In this document: positions 27,530-35,511 of the stretch, piece by piece
Numbering within the stretch: position 1 is the stretch's first letter
Layout: every line of letters starts with the position of its first letter
Made by a program: the position numbers and the translations under genes
NCBI GenBank assembly: GCA_038248345.1
Contig: JBBRXO010000016.1
Span: 1 to 35,511, forward strand
Direction: 5' to 3'
Source: Armatimonadota bacterium
GTDB lineage: Bacteria; Armatimonadota; Hebobacteria; CAIYQO01
DNA: 35,511 nucleotides
The notes under the pieces: generated by a model
Told to the model about the DNA's origin: nothing
The model's input: only the letters and a program-made list of their open reading frames with translations
Database searches by the model: none

Positions 27530-29071
27530 ATGAGTGAAGATATGAGTGAAATATCCATGACCGAAGAGAATAATAATGATGTACGCCCGAGTTTTGTAGT
27601 TCAGCTACAAAAGCATTGGAAGCTGCTACTCGGCGGGCTACTTGTCGGCTCGTTAATTGGTGCCGGTATGGTATGGAACAAAGCGGCGGATTACACCTCC
27701 ACGGCGACCATTATCTTCCCGAATAATCCTGGCGGTAGAATGGCCTCGTTGCCCGGGGGCGCTGGGGGTGGTGATATGCCATCGATGCCATTATTGGATG
27801 GTATCCGCATGGTTCCACAGCCGGGCACCAGCGCAGATACTGCGATGATGCTCTTGAAAAGCCGCCGCTCATATCGGGGAATAATGGAGAAGATGAATGC
27901 GGATTCCACGACCACTAGCGGGAGCGGAAGTAAAGCAAATATTGTAATGGATCACTATAACGTCAACACAGAAGATAGATTGTTCGTTATACTCGATAAA
28001 ACAATCAACATGAAGGTGGGCAAAAACGGTGAACTGCTACTCTCGATCACAGATACGGATAAGGAATTTGCAGGCAAACTGGCGCAGAAGGTAATTGAAG
28101 AACTGAATTCAATGACACAGGAACTGCGCCTCAATCCAGCGGCTGAGAGTGTAGACTTTCTTGACAAGCAACTGCGTATGGCAAATACTAACTTTAATTC
28201 CAGCCAGAGTGCCTTGGCGGCGTTCCAGAAAGAGAACAATTTGATCTCTCTTCCAGATCAAGCTAGAGCCCTGGCCGCGCAGTATTCCTCGATGCAGGAT
28301 GAAGTAAATAGGGCTGAGATGACAGCAAAAATAGCCAAAGCCCAGTATGACAAAGCAGCGCAAGATACTGGCTTTATGATTAAAAACTTTGTTGATCCAT
28401 CTGGTGGACCTGGTAGTGCCGCGGGTAATTCACTCACCGCACTATATAAGAAGGTGAAGGACCTGGAATCAGAGCGAGCAATTCTGCTAAACAAGTTAAC
28501 AGCGAACCACCCGGATGTACAGAATAAGGACAACCAGATAGTGGAAGCGAACCGGATGCTCAACGAAGAGGTAAAACGACAGAAGGAACTATTAAAAGGC
28601 GATGTATCACCGAGTGTGATAGATATGGCCGTCAACTCTTTCGTCGCAAGCGCCAAGTATGATGGTTTAAAGATAGCACTGGGAAAAGTTAAAGAGCAAG
28701 TAAAGGGACTGCCGGATCAGGAAGGTAAATTTACCAGCCTGTCGGCTGATGTCGAAGCAGCTGCTAATTCAATTAAGATGTATCGGGGAGAATTAGAGAA
28801 AGCAAACCTGCTAGCCAAAGATAGCGGGCACTTATTTGAAGTACTGGATGCACCGGAAGTGCCGACAGAACCGAATGCGCGCGGACGTGGGAAGACGATT
28901 GCGATATTTGCGCTACTGGGTTTGTTCCTGCCTATGGCATTGCCCGCGATCAAATTCTCTCGTCAGCTACAGGAATATGAAGATGCATTACTCGCTAATG
29001 CGGAGAAAGCATCAGATCACAGCGGTTGTCCGTTTATGAAGAATGCACAGCAGCAAGATAATGACCAGTGA
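27530..29071 (+). CDS. Polysaccharide co-polymerase (Wzz/GumC-like, no kinase domain)
   Basis: Two TM flanking a long coiled coil; YTSTATI, LTANHPDV, EVLDAPEVP motifs. Confidence 0.88.
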   Translation: MSEDMSEISMTEENNNDVRPSFVVQLQKHWKLLLGGLLVGSLIGAGMVWNKAADYTSTATIIFPNNPGGRMASLPGGAGGGDMPSMPLLDGIRMVPQPGTSADTAMMLLKSRRSYRGIMEKMNADSTTTSGSGSKANIVMDHYNVNTEDRLFVILDKTINMKVGKNGELLLSITDTDKEFAGKLAQKVIEELNSMTQELRLNPAAESVDFLDKQLRMANTNFNSSQSALAAFQKENNLISLPDQARALAAQYSSMQDEVNRAEMTAKIAKAQYDKAAQDTGFMIKNFVDPSGGPGSAAGNSLTALYKKVKDLESERAILLNKLTANHPDVQNKDNQIVEANRMLNEEVKRQKELLKGDVSPSVIDMAVNSFVASAKYDGLKIALGKVKEQVKGLPDQEGKFTSLSADVEAAANSIKMYRGELEKANLLAKDSGHLFEVLDAPEVPTEPNARGRGKTIAIFALLGLFLPMALPAIKFSRQLQEYEDALLANAEKASDHSGCPFMKNAQQQDNDQ

Positions 29072-29880
29072 GAAATAGGCCAGCGATATCACATACCCCA
29101 TGGCTGCTGCGCTTGATGGTGCTGGCGCTATGGGGTATATTGACCATAAGAGGGGTAAATGCTGCACCAGCGCCTCCTATAAATACTGACACTGTTACCT
29201 TCTGGCAGCGGTTGCATCCAGAATTCCCTAAGTTATTGAGCAGAACGCAGCTCAAACCACGTATCGAATACATTGGAGGCCTGGCGGTCAATTATTATCC
29301 TTCCAATTATGCACAGGAGATGAATGGCCGCACGCTGGAGAGCTTTGAGCTGAATATCAGCACATTTCGCGTCATTAATAGTAACCGGAATAGTTGGTTG
29401 GATCTGTTTTTTTCGCTGGTTATCTACCTGGGCAAGGCTGGCTGGCTGGTATTGGTGGCGGCCTTGTTCTGGTTCTATCGGCGCAATATGCTCATTGTTT
29501 TGTTAGGCTCGCAGGCCGCCGGTGCGATAGTGGTACATTTATTGAAAAATACTTGCTCCCAGCCGCGTCCGGGAGTGCTTCTTCCTAACATTACGCTAAT
29601 GGAAAAAGTATATATTGGGTCATTCCCTTCAGCGGATGTCTGCTTCGCAGTAGCATTAGCAGTTGTACTGATTAGCATAGCGAAGACGTGGTGGCAGAAA
29701 CTATTGTGCGTCGTATACCCGCTGTTGATCATGTATGAACGGGTCTATGTGGGAGCACATTTCCCGTTGGATGTCTGTGCAGGAGCTTTGATAGGCTTGC
29801 TGGCGACATTGGCAATACAGCGGCTATATCGTAGTCGACCGCCTAGTGAGAGTGAAAAAATTGCAAATCAGTTGTCGTAG
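29068..29880 (+). CDS. PAP2-family phosphatase (undecaprenyl-PP phosphatase-like)
   Basis: KNTCSQPRP, SFPSAD, ERVYVGAHFPLDV. GTG start overlaps the upstream stop. Confidence 0.85.
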   Translation: MRNRPAISHTPWLLRLMVLALWGILTIRGVNAAPAPPINTDTVTFWQRLHPEFPKLLSRTQLKPRIEYIGGLAVNYYPSNYAQEMNGRTLESFELNISTFRVINSNRNSWLDLFFSLVIYLGKAGWLVLVAALFWFYRRNMLIVLLGSQAAGAIVVHLLKNTCSQPRPGVLLPNITLMEKVYIGSFPSADVCFAVALAVVLISIAKTWWQKLLCVVYPLLIMYERVYVGAHFPLDVCAGALIGLLATLAIQRLYRSRPPSESEKIANQLS

Positions 29881-29900
29881 CTATAACACTATGGTATACT
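29872..29900 (+). promoter_or_regulatory. Sigma70-type promoter of the pilM cluster
   Basis: TTGTCG-17 nt-TATACT with extended TG. Confidence 0.6.
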
Positions 29901-29922
29901 CTCTTATTGAGGTATCCTTTTA

Positions 29923-31626
29923 ATGGCAAAAGTTCGGAATGTCAAACTGAAGGACCATACGATACTCGCTCTGGATGTTGGAACTCGCTTCATAAAGATG
30001 GCTGAGTTGCGCCTGAATAAGGGTGTAATTCAACTGTTGAATGTGGCTATGGCCCCGACACCGGCGGGTATGCTTGATAACGCGCAGCTAATTGACCCGG
30101 TGGGACTGGGGAAATTTGTACGTGACGTCTGGCAGGTAAATCAATTTTCGGCAAAAAAAGCGGTTGTCTCTATCAACGGGCAATCGTCGGTAGTAGTTCG
30201 TCCGATTGATTTACCTAAGATGACGAAAAAAGAGCTGAAGGACACCATGAAGTTCGAGGTAGAACGGCACATACCGTTCTCAGCGGATGAAATCTACATG
30301 GATTACGTCCCTCTGGTTGCTCCAGAAGATCTGCCGGATGGTGAAGAGAATATGCGTGTCCTTCTTGCAGTAGCGCAGGAAGAACTGATATATTCATACT
30401 TGAAGATGCTCAAAGTCGCCGGCCTCACCCCGATTGCCCTGGACGTACAGATTCTCGCCGTCATCCGTTCTATGATAGATATCAACCGCGAAGAAGGTTC
30501 CTATGATGACGTGGTGACGCTGGTGAATATCGGCGCCGGCTTTACCGAGATATCAATCGTCGACAAAGGCATGCTCACCTTCGTGCGTGTGGTGCCTATC
30601 GGTGGCGATGCTCTCACCGGGGCTATTGCTGACCAGATGGGCCGCAGTTTTGAAGAAGCGGAAGAGTTAAAGATCGAGCACGGCAAAGTCTTCCTCGATA
30701 GTACGGTAGGCGAGTTGCCAATGCCCACGGAAGATATGTCGTATAACCCCTATGGCGACATGCCCGTAGAAGATTCATTCGTCTTACCGATTCCGCCGCA
30801 GCTCTTCACCCTGGAGGAAGCCGAGCCAGTAGCGGAGACTCCATTTATTTCGACTGTTGTCGAGCTAGACGATAATAACGTACCCTTTGTCAGCTCTTTT
30901 GATGACGAGGAAAGATCACCGGGCAGCTTCTCGCTTGATGATGACGGTTCGGTAACACCACCTGCTTTCGCCGACTTCGATGCCGGGGCTATGCCAGCTG
31001 ATGAGAACACCGGCGAAGCTCCGCTCTTTGACTTTGGCTCGGAAGTTCAAAGTCAAATGCCAGCTCCATTATCACGGCCTGCCACTAATGATGATGATGT
31101 GCCCTCTATGTTCTCTTCGCCAACACCCGCACTGGGGGCGATACCAGAGGACGACCTGCTGTCATCCTATGCTGCTACTCCCTTCATACCGGAGGGCATC
31201 AACCCCCCAGCGGACGATCTGCTGGCAGAATATGCGGCAACTCCCTTCATCCCGGGACATGATGCCGATGATAGCGGATTTGAACGTCCGGATAGTTCGC
31301 GTAGCGATATCTTCCAACGGCGAATAGCGGAATCAATGTTGCCTACCATCGGCGAACTGGTAATGGAAATTCGTCGCTCGCTCGAATATTATGGTGGTCG
31401 CGAGCCGGATAGCATAATCAGCACGGTATACCTATATGGCGGGGGAAGTCGCCTGCCGAATCTATCGGAGTTTATTACACAGGAGTTGGGGGTGAAAGTA
31501 ATAACTGCTAATCCATTGCCCCAACTGGATATCTCGGCGCTACGACAACCAGCCGAGTATGTGGAAGAATTGACCCTCGCTCTCCCGGTTTGTATCGGGT
31601 TGGGTCTGCGAGACATGTTAGTCTAA
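29923..31626 (+). CDS. pilM: Type IV pilus assembly protein PilM with a large acidic insertion
   Basis: ALDVGTRFIK, FEVERHIPF, VNIGAGFT, VPIGGDALT, EIRRSLEYY, LYGGGSRL, IGLGLR. Confidence 0.92.
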   Translation: MAKVRNVKLKDHTILALDVGTRFIKMAELRLNKGVIQLLNVAMAPTPAGMLDNAQLIDPVGLGKFVRDVWQVNQFSAKKAVVSINGQSSVVVRPIDLPKMTKKELKDTMKFEVERHIPFSADEIYMDYVPLVAPEDLPDGEENMRVLLAVAQEELIYSYLKMLKVAGLTPIALDVQILAVIRSMIDINREEGSYDDVVTLVNIGAGFTEISIVDKGMLTFVRVVPIGGDALTGAIADQMGRSFEEAEELKIEHGKVFLDSTVGELPMPTEDMSYNPYGDMPVEDSFVLPIPPQLFTLEEAEPVAETPFISTVVELDDNNVPFVSSFDDEERSPGSFSLDDDGSVTPPAFADFDAGAMPADENTGEAPLFDFGSEVQSQMPAPLSRPATNDDDVPSMFSSPTPALGAIPEDDLLSSYAATPFIPEGINPPADDLLAEYAATPFIPGHDADDSGFERPDSSRSDIFQRRIAESMLPTIGELVMEIRRSLEYYGGREPDSIISTVYLYGGGSRLPNLSEFITQELGVKVITANPLPQLDISALRQPAEYVEELTLALPVCIGLGLRDMLV

Positions 31627-31642
31627 GGAGAGGTGGGAAATC

Positions 31643-32344
31643 ATGATTAAAATTAACCTGTTACCACCGTGGATACATGAGCCTAAAAGGATTATCATCC
31701 TTACGATCATATCGTTGGTCATTGGCGGCATGGGTGCCGGAGTGCTGAATGCAGCAAAAAACGACTTACTCGGCCCGGTAGATGCCTACTATAAGGAAAT
31801 TGCGGCATTTGGCAAGCAGGAGGCGCTATGTAAAGAACAGGCGACGATAGCTAGTACCTGGCAAGGTGACGCTACCAAATATGATGAATATGTCAAGTTC
31901 TTCTCTGGCGCTGGCGTAAAGGCGTATAATAACAGTATCGCTGATGTGTTGGAAGAGGTTGCCACTAAAATTGGTACATATCCGGGTGCATATTACCAGT
32001 CGGTAACGATTGCTGATAAATCAGTGACCCTGAACGGAAAAATTAAAGGCCTGATGAATTTCGCTAACTATTACTTTAAAATGAAGGCGGCTGGTATGAA
32101 GTTAACACCTAATGCCAAGCCCTATGCAACTTCCCTGGATCAGGAGATTGCACTGGCGACATCTGGATCAATTACAAAGACAGTGTTACCTGCTCCGACA
32201 CCACCAACAGGGACACCGGCTGCCGTATATACTGATTTGTACAAAGCTGCTGGCGGCGGTGCTGCCGGTGGTGCAGGCGATCCTGGCGGAGGGGGGGCAC
32301 CACCGACAGGTACCCCAACGACTGGTACGATAGCCCCGAATTAG
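31643..32344 (+). CDS. pilN: PilN-like protein
   Basis: MIKINLLP PilM-binding motif, single TM, directly after pilM. Confidence 0.75.
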   Translation: MIKINLLPPWIHEPKRIIILTIISLVIGGMGAGVLNAAKNDLLGPVDAYYKEIAAFGKQEALCKEQATIASTWQGDATKYDEYVKFFSGAGVKAYNNSIADVLEEVATKIGTYPGAYYQSVTIADKSVTLNGKIKGLMNFANYYFKMKAAGMKLTPNAKPYATSLDQEIALATSGSITKTVLPAPTPPTGTPAAVYTDLYKAAGGGAAGGAGDPGGGGAPPTGTPTTGTIAPN

Positions 32345-32386
32345 GGATAATAACTCGTTCTGTTTGGAAATTGTAAGAGGTAAGAC

Positions 32387-33592
32387 ATGTCAAAGTTGAC
32401 ACCGTTTTTCCGGAAAATTAAATGGTATTATATCCTGCCCATCTACCTGATCGGTATTGGGTATGGGTGGTACTCAATGTATCAGAAGCAAGTCGTGCCC
32501 GCCATGAAGCAGGTTACGGATGATAAAGTGATATGGACAAAAGCCCAAGATGACATGGATAAAGCAATTCTAGGCTACGGCGCCAGCATCAGTTCGCAGG
32601 AAAAGAGCACCAAGTCATTCTATGATGGCTATAATAAGTTCATGATGATCCAGAATACCATGCCCGAGATATACGATATGAAGGCGAAATATCCAACCGC
32701 AGCTACAGACGATGCGGGGCTGCTCGAATGGTATCGTATAATGGGCACCGGCGTCTGGCTGACGGAATTGCAGAAATGGTCAGCCAAGTATAGGTTAGAA
32801 AATGCGCCGCAACCCTATGCTTTTGACACGGGGATAAATCTAGGATATGGCAATCAATATCCCTCCGCTAGAATTATTTCGCAGGATTTTGGTACACAGA
32901 CCTTCCATGCAAATGGCTACGCTGAGCTCATCACGCAGGTGCGCAATCGCGTCGGCTACGGCTATTGCCCATTGATCATCACTCCGGGTGGTGGTGGCGC
33001 TCCTGGCGCTCCTGGTGCTCCCGGTGCTCCCGGTGCTCCCGGGGCTACTGGTGCTCCCGGGGCTACTGGTGCTCCCGGGGCTACTGGTGCTCCCGGGGCT
33101 ACTGGCGCTCCCGGGGCTACTGGCGCTCCCAAAACCAGCTTTCTGCCTTTTAATAATTTAAGCAATACCCGTGCTACTACCTTCGGTACATTATTTGCTG
33201 GCATACGTTCAAATCAGGATGCAGGGGATGAACCACCTCCTGCGGCAAACACCCCCGCCCCCAAAACAACTACGCCCGCACCGGCGGCCCCTGCTCCAGC
33301 AGCTCCAGCAGCTCCAGCGGCTCCAGCTGCCCCGGCAGCACCGGCGATGCAGATGAGCATAACGTTGGATGGCAGTGATGCTGATTATATTCCATCCCGC
33401 CCGAAGTTGAAGATGTCCTATACCTGTAAAGGGTATTTCATGACCAAAGGGTGGAATCCGGTACCAGAAGCGCAAACGAAATTGAAGGCAGCGGAGGACC
33501 TGTATAATGCTCCGGCGCCGAAACTACCGCCGACCCCGAAGCCAGGTACGGCTCCGAAAATTTTCGGGATATACGTGTTCCCGAAATCATAA
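32387..33592 (+). CDS. Bitopic membrane protein at the PilO position, with collagen-like and PAAP inserts
   Basis: N-terminal TM and coiled coil; synteny; RBS GAGGT. PilO identity is inferred only. Confidence 0.6.
   Translation: MSKLTPFFRKIKWYYILPIYLIGIGYGWYSMYQKQVVPAMKQVTDDKVIWTKAQDDMDKAILGYGASISSQEKSTKSFYDGYNKFMMIQNTMPEIYDMKAKYPTAATDDAGLLEWYRIMGTGVWLTELQKWSAKYRLENAPQPYAFDTGINLGYGNQYPSARIISQDFGTQTFHANGYAELITQVRNRVGYGYCPLIITPGGGGAPGAPGAPGAPGAPGATGAPGATGAPGATGAPGATGAPGATGAPKTSFLPFNNLSNTRATTFGTLFAGIRSNQDAGDEPPPAANTPAPKTTTPAPAAPAPAAPAAPAAPAAPAAPAMQMSITLDGSDADYIPSRPKLKMSYTCKGYFMTKGWNPVPEAQTKLKAAEDLYNAPAPKLPPTPKPGTAPKIFGIYVFPKS
32996..33130 (+). repeat. 9/18-bp coding tandem repeat, (GAP)5(GAT-GAP)5
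   Basis: GGYGCTCCY and GGGGCTACT units, 15 Gly-X-Y triplets. Confidence 0.95.
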
Positions 33593-33619
33593 TTTTGCGC
33601 TTCCGATTTGGAGGAAGAT

Positions 33620-34441
33620 ATGAATAGCGATAATAAAGGTAAAATACTACTGATGGCTGGGTTGCTGGTGTTCTGCATCGCCGCCTTCCTCGTGTTTTAC
33701 CTGCTACAAGGTAAAAATCAAAAAAAGACTCCCGGCAATGATATGGCGAACACCCCGACACCCACGGGGATGCCTTTCAGCGCGCCGGGCAACTCCAGTT
33801 ATACCGGCTCCCCAGCCGCGAATGTCAGTACACGCCCGCCTTTGACGCCACCTGCGGCACCGGAGATGATATCCGGCAATGCCGGGCCTACTGCCGGTGT
33901 CACTGACCCATTCGCGGGCGGGCCAGCACCGCCTAAACCGCCGTCGGATCCCAATGGCGGAAATGGTGGCTCTGGTGGGAATGGTAGACCGTACGTCCCG
34001 CCGCCGCCGCCGAAACCGGAATGGGAAGTTCCCATCCCGGATCTGGGCGGAGTGGTGATGAAGCCAATTGATACATCAGGTGGTGGAGCAGAACCGGCGG
34101 GGGATGGCGCTCCTGGCCCTGTTGGTGGCCTTCCGCAAGATGGCCAGCGAGCTAGCAATAATGCCACACCTTACCTGGTGGCAGAAAAAAACCCCCCGAA
34201 CATGCGCTTGCAAGGGCCAGATGGGGTATATACAGGTTGGTTGATAAATAATAATGGATATGCTGGGCTCTATGTCGCACTCCCTTCGGGTAAAACAGCA
34301 ATGTTAGCTGCCGGGGATTATCTGTGCGGCTTGAAGATTCGTTCGCTATCAGCCCACCAGATGATATTAGAGAATGAACAGACCAGACAGCAATTGAAGG
34401 TTCCGTTCTCCAACACAGCAGCCATTGGGGGCACGACCTGA
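33620..34441 (+). CDS. Pro/Gly-rich bitopic protein at the PilP position
   Basis: GGAGG RBS then ATG at 33620; TM; DPF motif; C-terminal small beta domain (YTGWL..AGLYV..AGDYLCGLKIRSLS) resembling PilP/GspC-HR. Confidence 0.6.
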   Translation: MNSDNKGKILLMAGLLVFCIAAFLVFYLLQGKNQKKTPGNDMANTPTPTGMPFSAPGNSSYTGSPAANVSTRPPLTPPAAPEMISGNAGPTAGVTDPFAGGPAPPKPPSDPNGGNGGSGGNGRPYVPPPPPKPEWEVPIPDLGGVVMKPIDTSGGGAEPAGDGAPGPVGGLPQDGQRASNNATPYLVAEKNPPNMRLQGPDGVYTGWLINNNGYAGLYVALPSGKTAMLAAGDYLCGLKIRSLSAHQMILENEQTRQQLKVPFSNTAAIGGTT

Positions 34442-34483
34442 AGCAATAGCCGTCCGACGGTAATAGTTAGATAATTGAGGTAC

Positions 34484-34576
34484 ATGAGCGTGGTACTTAA
34501 TTCCGATATGCTATCGGTGAAAAAATATACGCTTAAGACGATGGTGAGAGCCGTCAATTTTGTAGGAGGTATTTGA
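34484..34576 (+). CDS. Possible 30-aa small ORF coupled to the downstream gene
   Basis: GAGGT then ATG; MSVVLNSDMLSVKKYTLKTMVRAVNFVGGI; TGA overlaps the next ATG (TGATG). Confidence 0.3.
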   Translation: MSVVLNSDMLSVKKYTLKTMVRAVNFVGGI

Positions 34577-35511
34577 TGCGTCGAGTTTTATGGCTTGCTA
34601 GTTTCAGCATAGTGCTGGTTCTTGGTTCAAATTTTAATGTGGTAGCTCAGGATCAGTTCACTGATACTGATGCTATGGACCAGGCAACGACAGCAACGGC
34701 TATCCCTGGTGGTCTGGAAATTGTAGGAGCTAGTGCGCCGATTTTAGGCACCACCGCTGGTGACATGGTGACATCAATCACCGTGCCGGATATCTATTCA
34801 ACTACCGCGAATATTGATGGGACAACAGCTGATGGCGGCACCACAGTAGTTGCAGAAGCTGCCGACAAGTGGGGGATTATCAAAGTAAATTACGCAGATA
34901 TCTCCAGCCTAGTACAGGCATTGGGTGGCCAGATGTTGCCACTCACCTTATCTACGATGAACTCACCTATGTCAATGGGCCAATATCCGCAGGGATATCG
35001 GAGTAGTAATAATAATGGCTATTCCGCCTCCGGGACAAACGGCCAGAACGGTAGCAACAACAACAACAATAACAACAATAACAACAATAACGGCTATAAC
35101 CAGAACAGTTACAATAACAATAACAATAACAACAACGGTTATAACCAGAACGGTTACAATAACAATAACAATAATGGTTATAACCAGAACGGTTACAACA
35201 CTAATAATGGCTATAACCAGAATACTAATAATGGCTATAACCAGAACGGTTATAATAACCAGTACACAAACACAAGTCAGCAGTACCCATACAACAACAC
35301 GAATACCAACGGTCAGTACCCGTACAACAATACGACCACTAACAATCAGTACCCGTACAACAACACGACCACTAACAATCAGTACCCGTACAATAACACG
35401 ACCACTAACAATCAGTACCCGTACAACAACACGACCACTAATAATCAGTACCCGTACAACAACACGACCACTAATAATCAGTACCCGTACAACAACACGA
35501 CCACTAATAAT
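34576..35511 (+). CDS. Secreted protein with a Secretin_N-like motif and N/Q/Y-rich repeats (3' end beyond window)
   Basis: AGGAGG RBS; manual translation MRRVLWLASFSIVLVLGSNFNVVA-QDQ...IIKVNYADISSLVQALGG...NNNNGYNQNGY...(QYPYNNTTTNN)n, open to the window end. Confidence 0.75.
   Translation, partial: MRRVLWLASFSIVLVLGSNFNVVAQDQFTDTDAMDQATTATAIPGGLEIVGASAPILGTTAGDMVTSITVPDIYSTTANIDGTTADGGTTVVAEAADKWGIIKVNYADISSLVQALGGQMLPLTLSTMNSPMSMGQYPQGYRSSNNNGYSASGTNGQNGSNNNNNNNNNNNNGYNQNSYNNNNNNNNGYNQNGYNNNNNNGYNQNGYNTNNGYNQNTNNGYNQNGYNNQYTNTSQQYPYNNTNTNGQYPYNNTTTNNQYPYNNTTTNNQYPYNNTTTNNQYPYNNTTTNNQYPYNNTTTNNQYPYNNTTTNN
35281..35511 (+). repeat. 33-bp coding tandem repeat x7 (QYPYNNTTTNN)
   Basis: CAGTACCCGTACAACAAYACGACCACTAAYAAT units with no spacers; the first unit is divergent. 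Confidence 0.95.

Noticed and set aside
32962..33204. Antisense and alternative-frame repeat ORFs (GAPVAP; SRGYWC)
   Set aside because: By-products of the stop-free tandem repeat inside the 32387-33592 gene; no RBS.
35281..35511. 33-bp repeats as a CRISPR array
   Set aside because: The units are head-to-tail with no spacers, in frame, vary mostly at synonymous positions, and no cas genes are present.

Overview
Bacterial chromosomal window of moderate GC from a diderm (Lnt, OPX exporter, beta-barrel-like and secretin-like genes). An Armatimonadota-like lineage is my impression only. It holds about 25 CDSs and no rRNA, tRNA, CRISPR array or transposase. In order: partial ettA; lnt, divergent from a lipoprotein / beta-barrel / mutarotase-MBL fusion cluster; a minus-strand cluster (membrane protein, O-antigen-ligase-like protein, secreted CBM-like protein, 1259-aa multi-lectin-like protein); a DUF512 radical SAM gene back-to-back with a beta-propeller gene; an ALDC-fold-like secreted protein; DeoR; a collagen-like protein; an Rh50-type ammonium channel; a zinc-ribbon protein; a minimal polysaccharide export locus (CapD/PglF, 12-SLBB OPX, kinase-less PCP, PAP2); and a pilMN(OP) cluster followed by a secretin-N-like ORF that runs off the window in an N/Q/Y-rich prion-like repeat. 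Most striking: (i) all five pilus alignment/secretin-like proteins carry low-complexity inserts (acidic, collagen-like, Pro-rich, prion-like); (ii) the ligase plus lectin-like operon, a candidate glycosylation or surface-glycan system; (iii) the Rh50 gene with a structured leader; (iv) two apparent degenerate-active-site enzyme homologues. All family calls come from motif recognition by eye; no searches were run.
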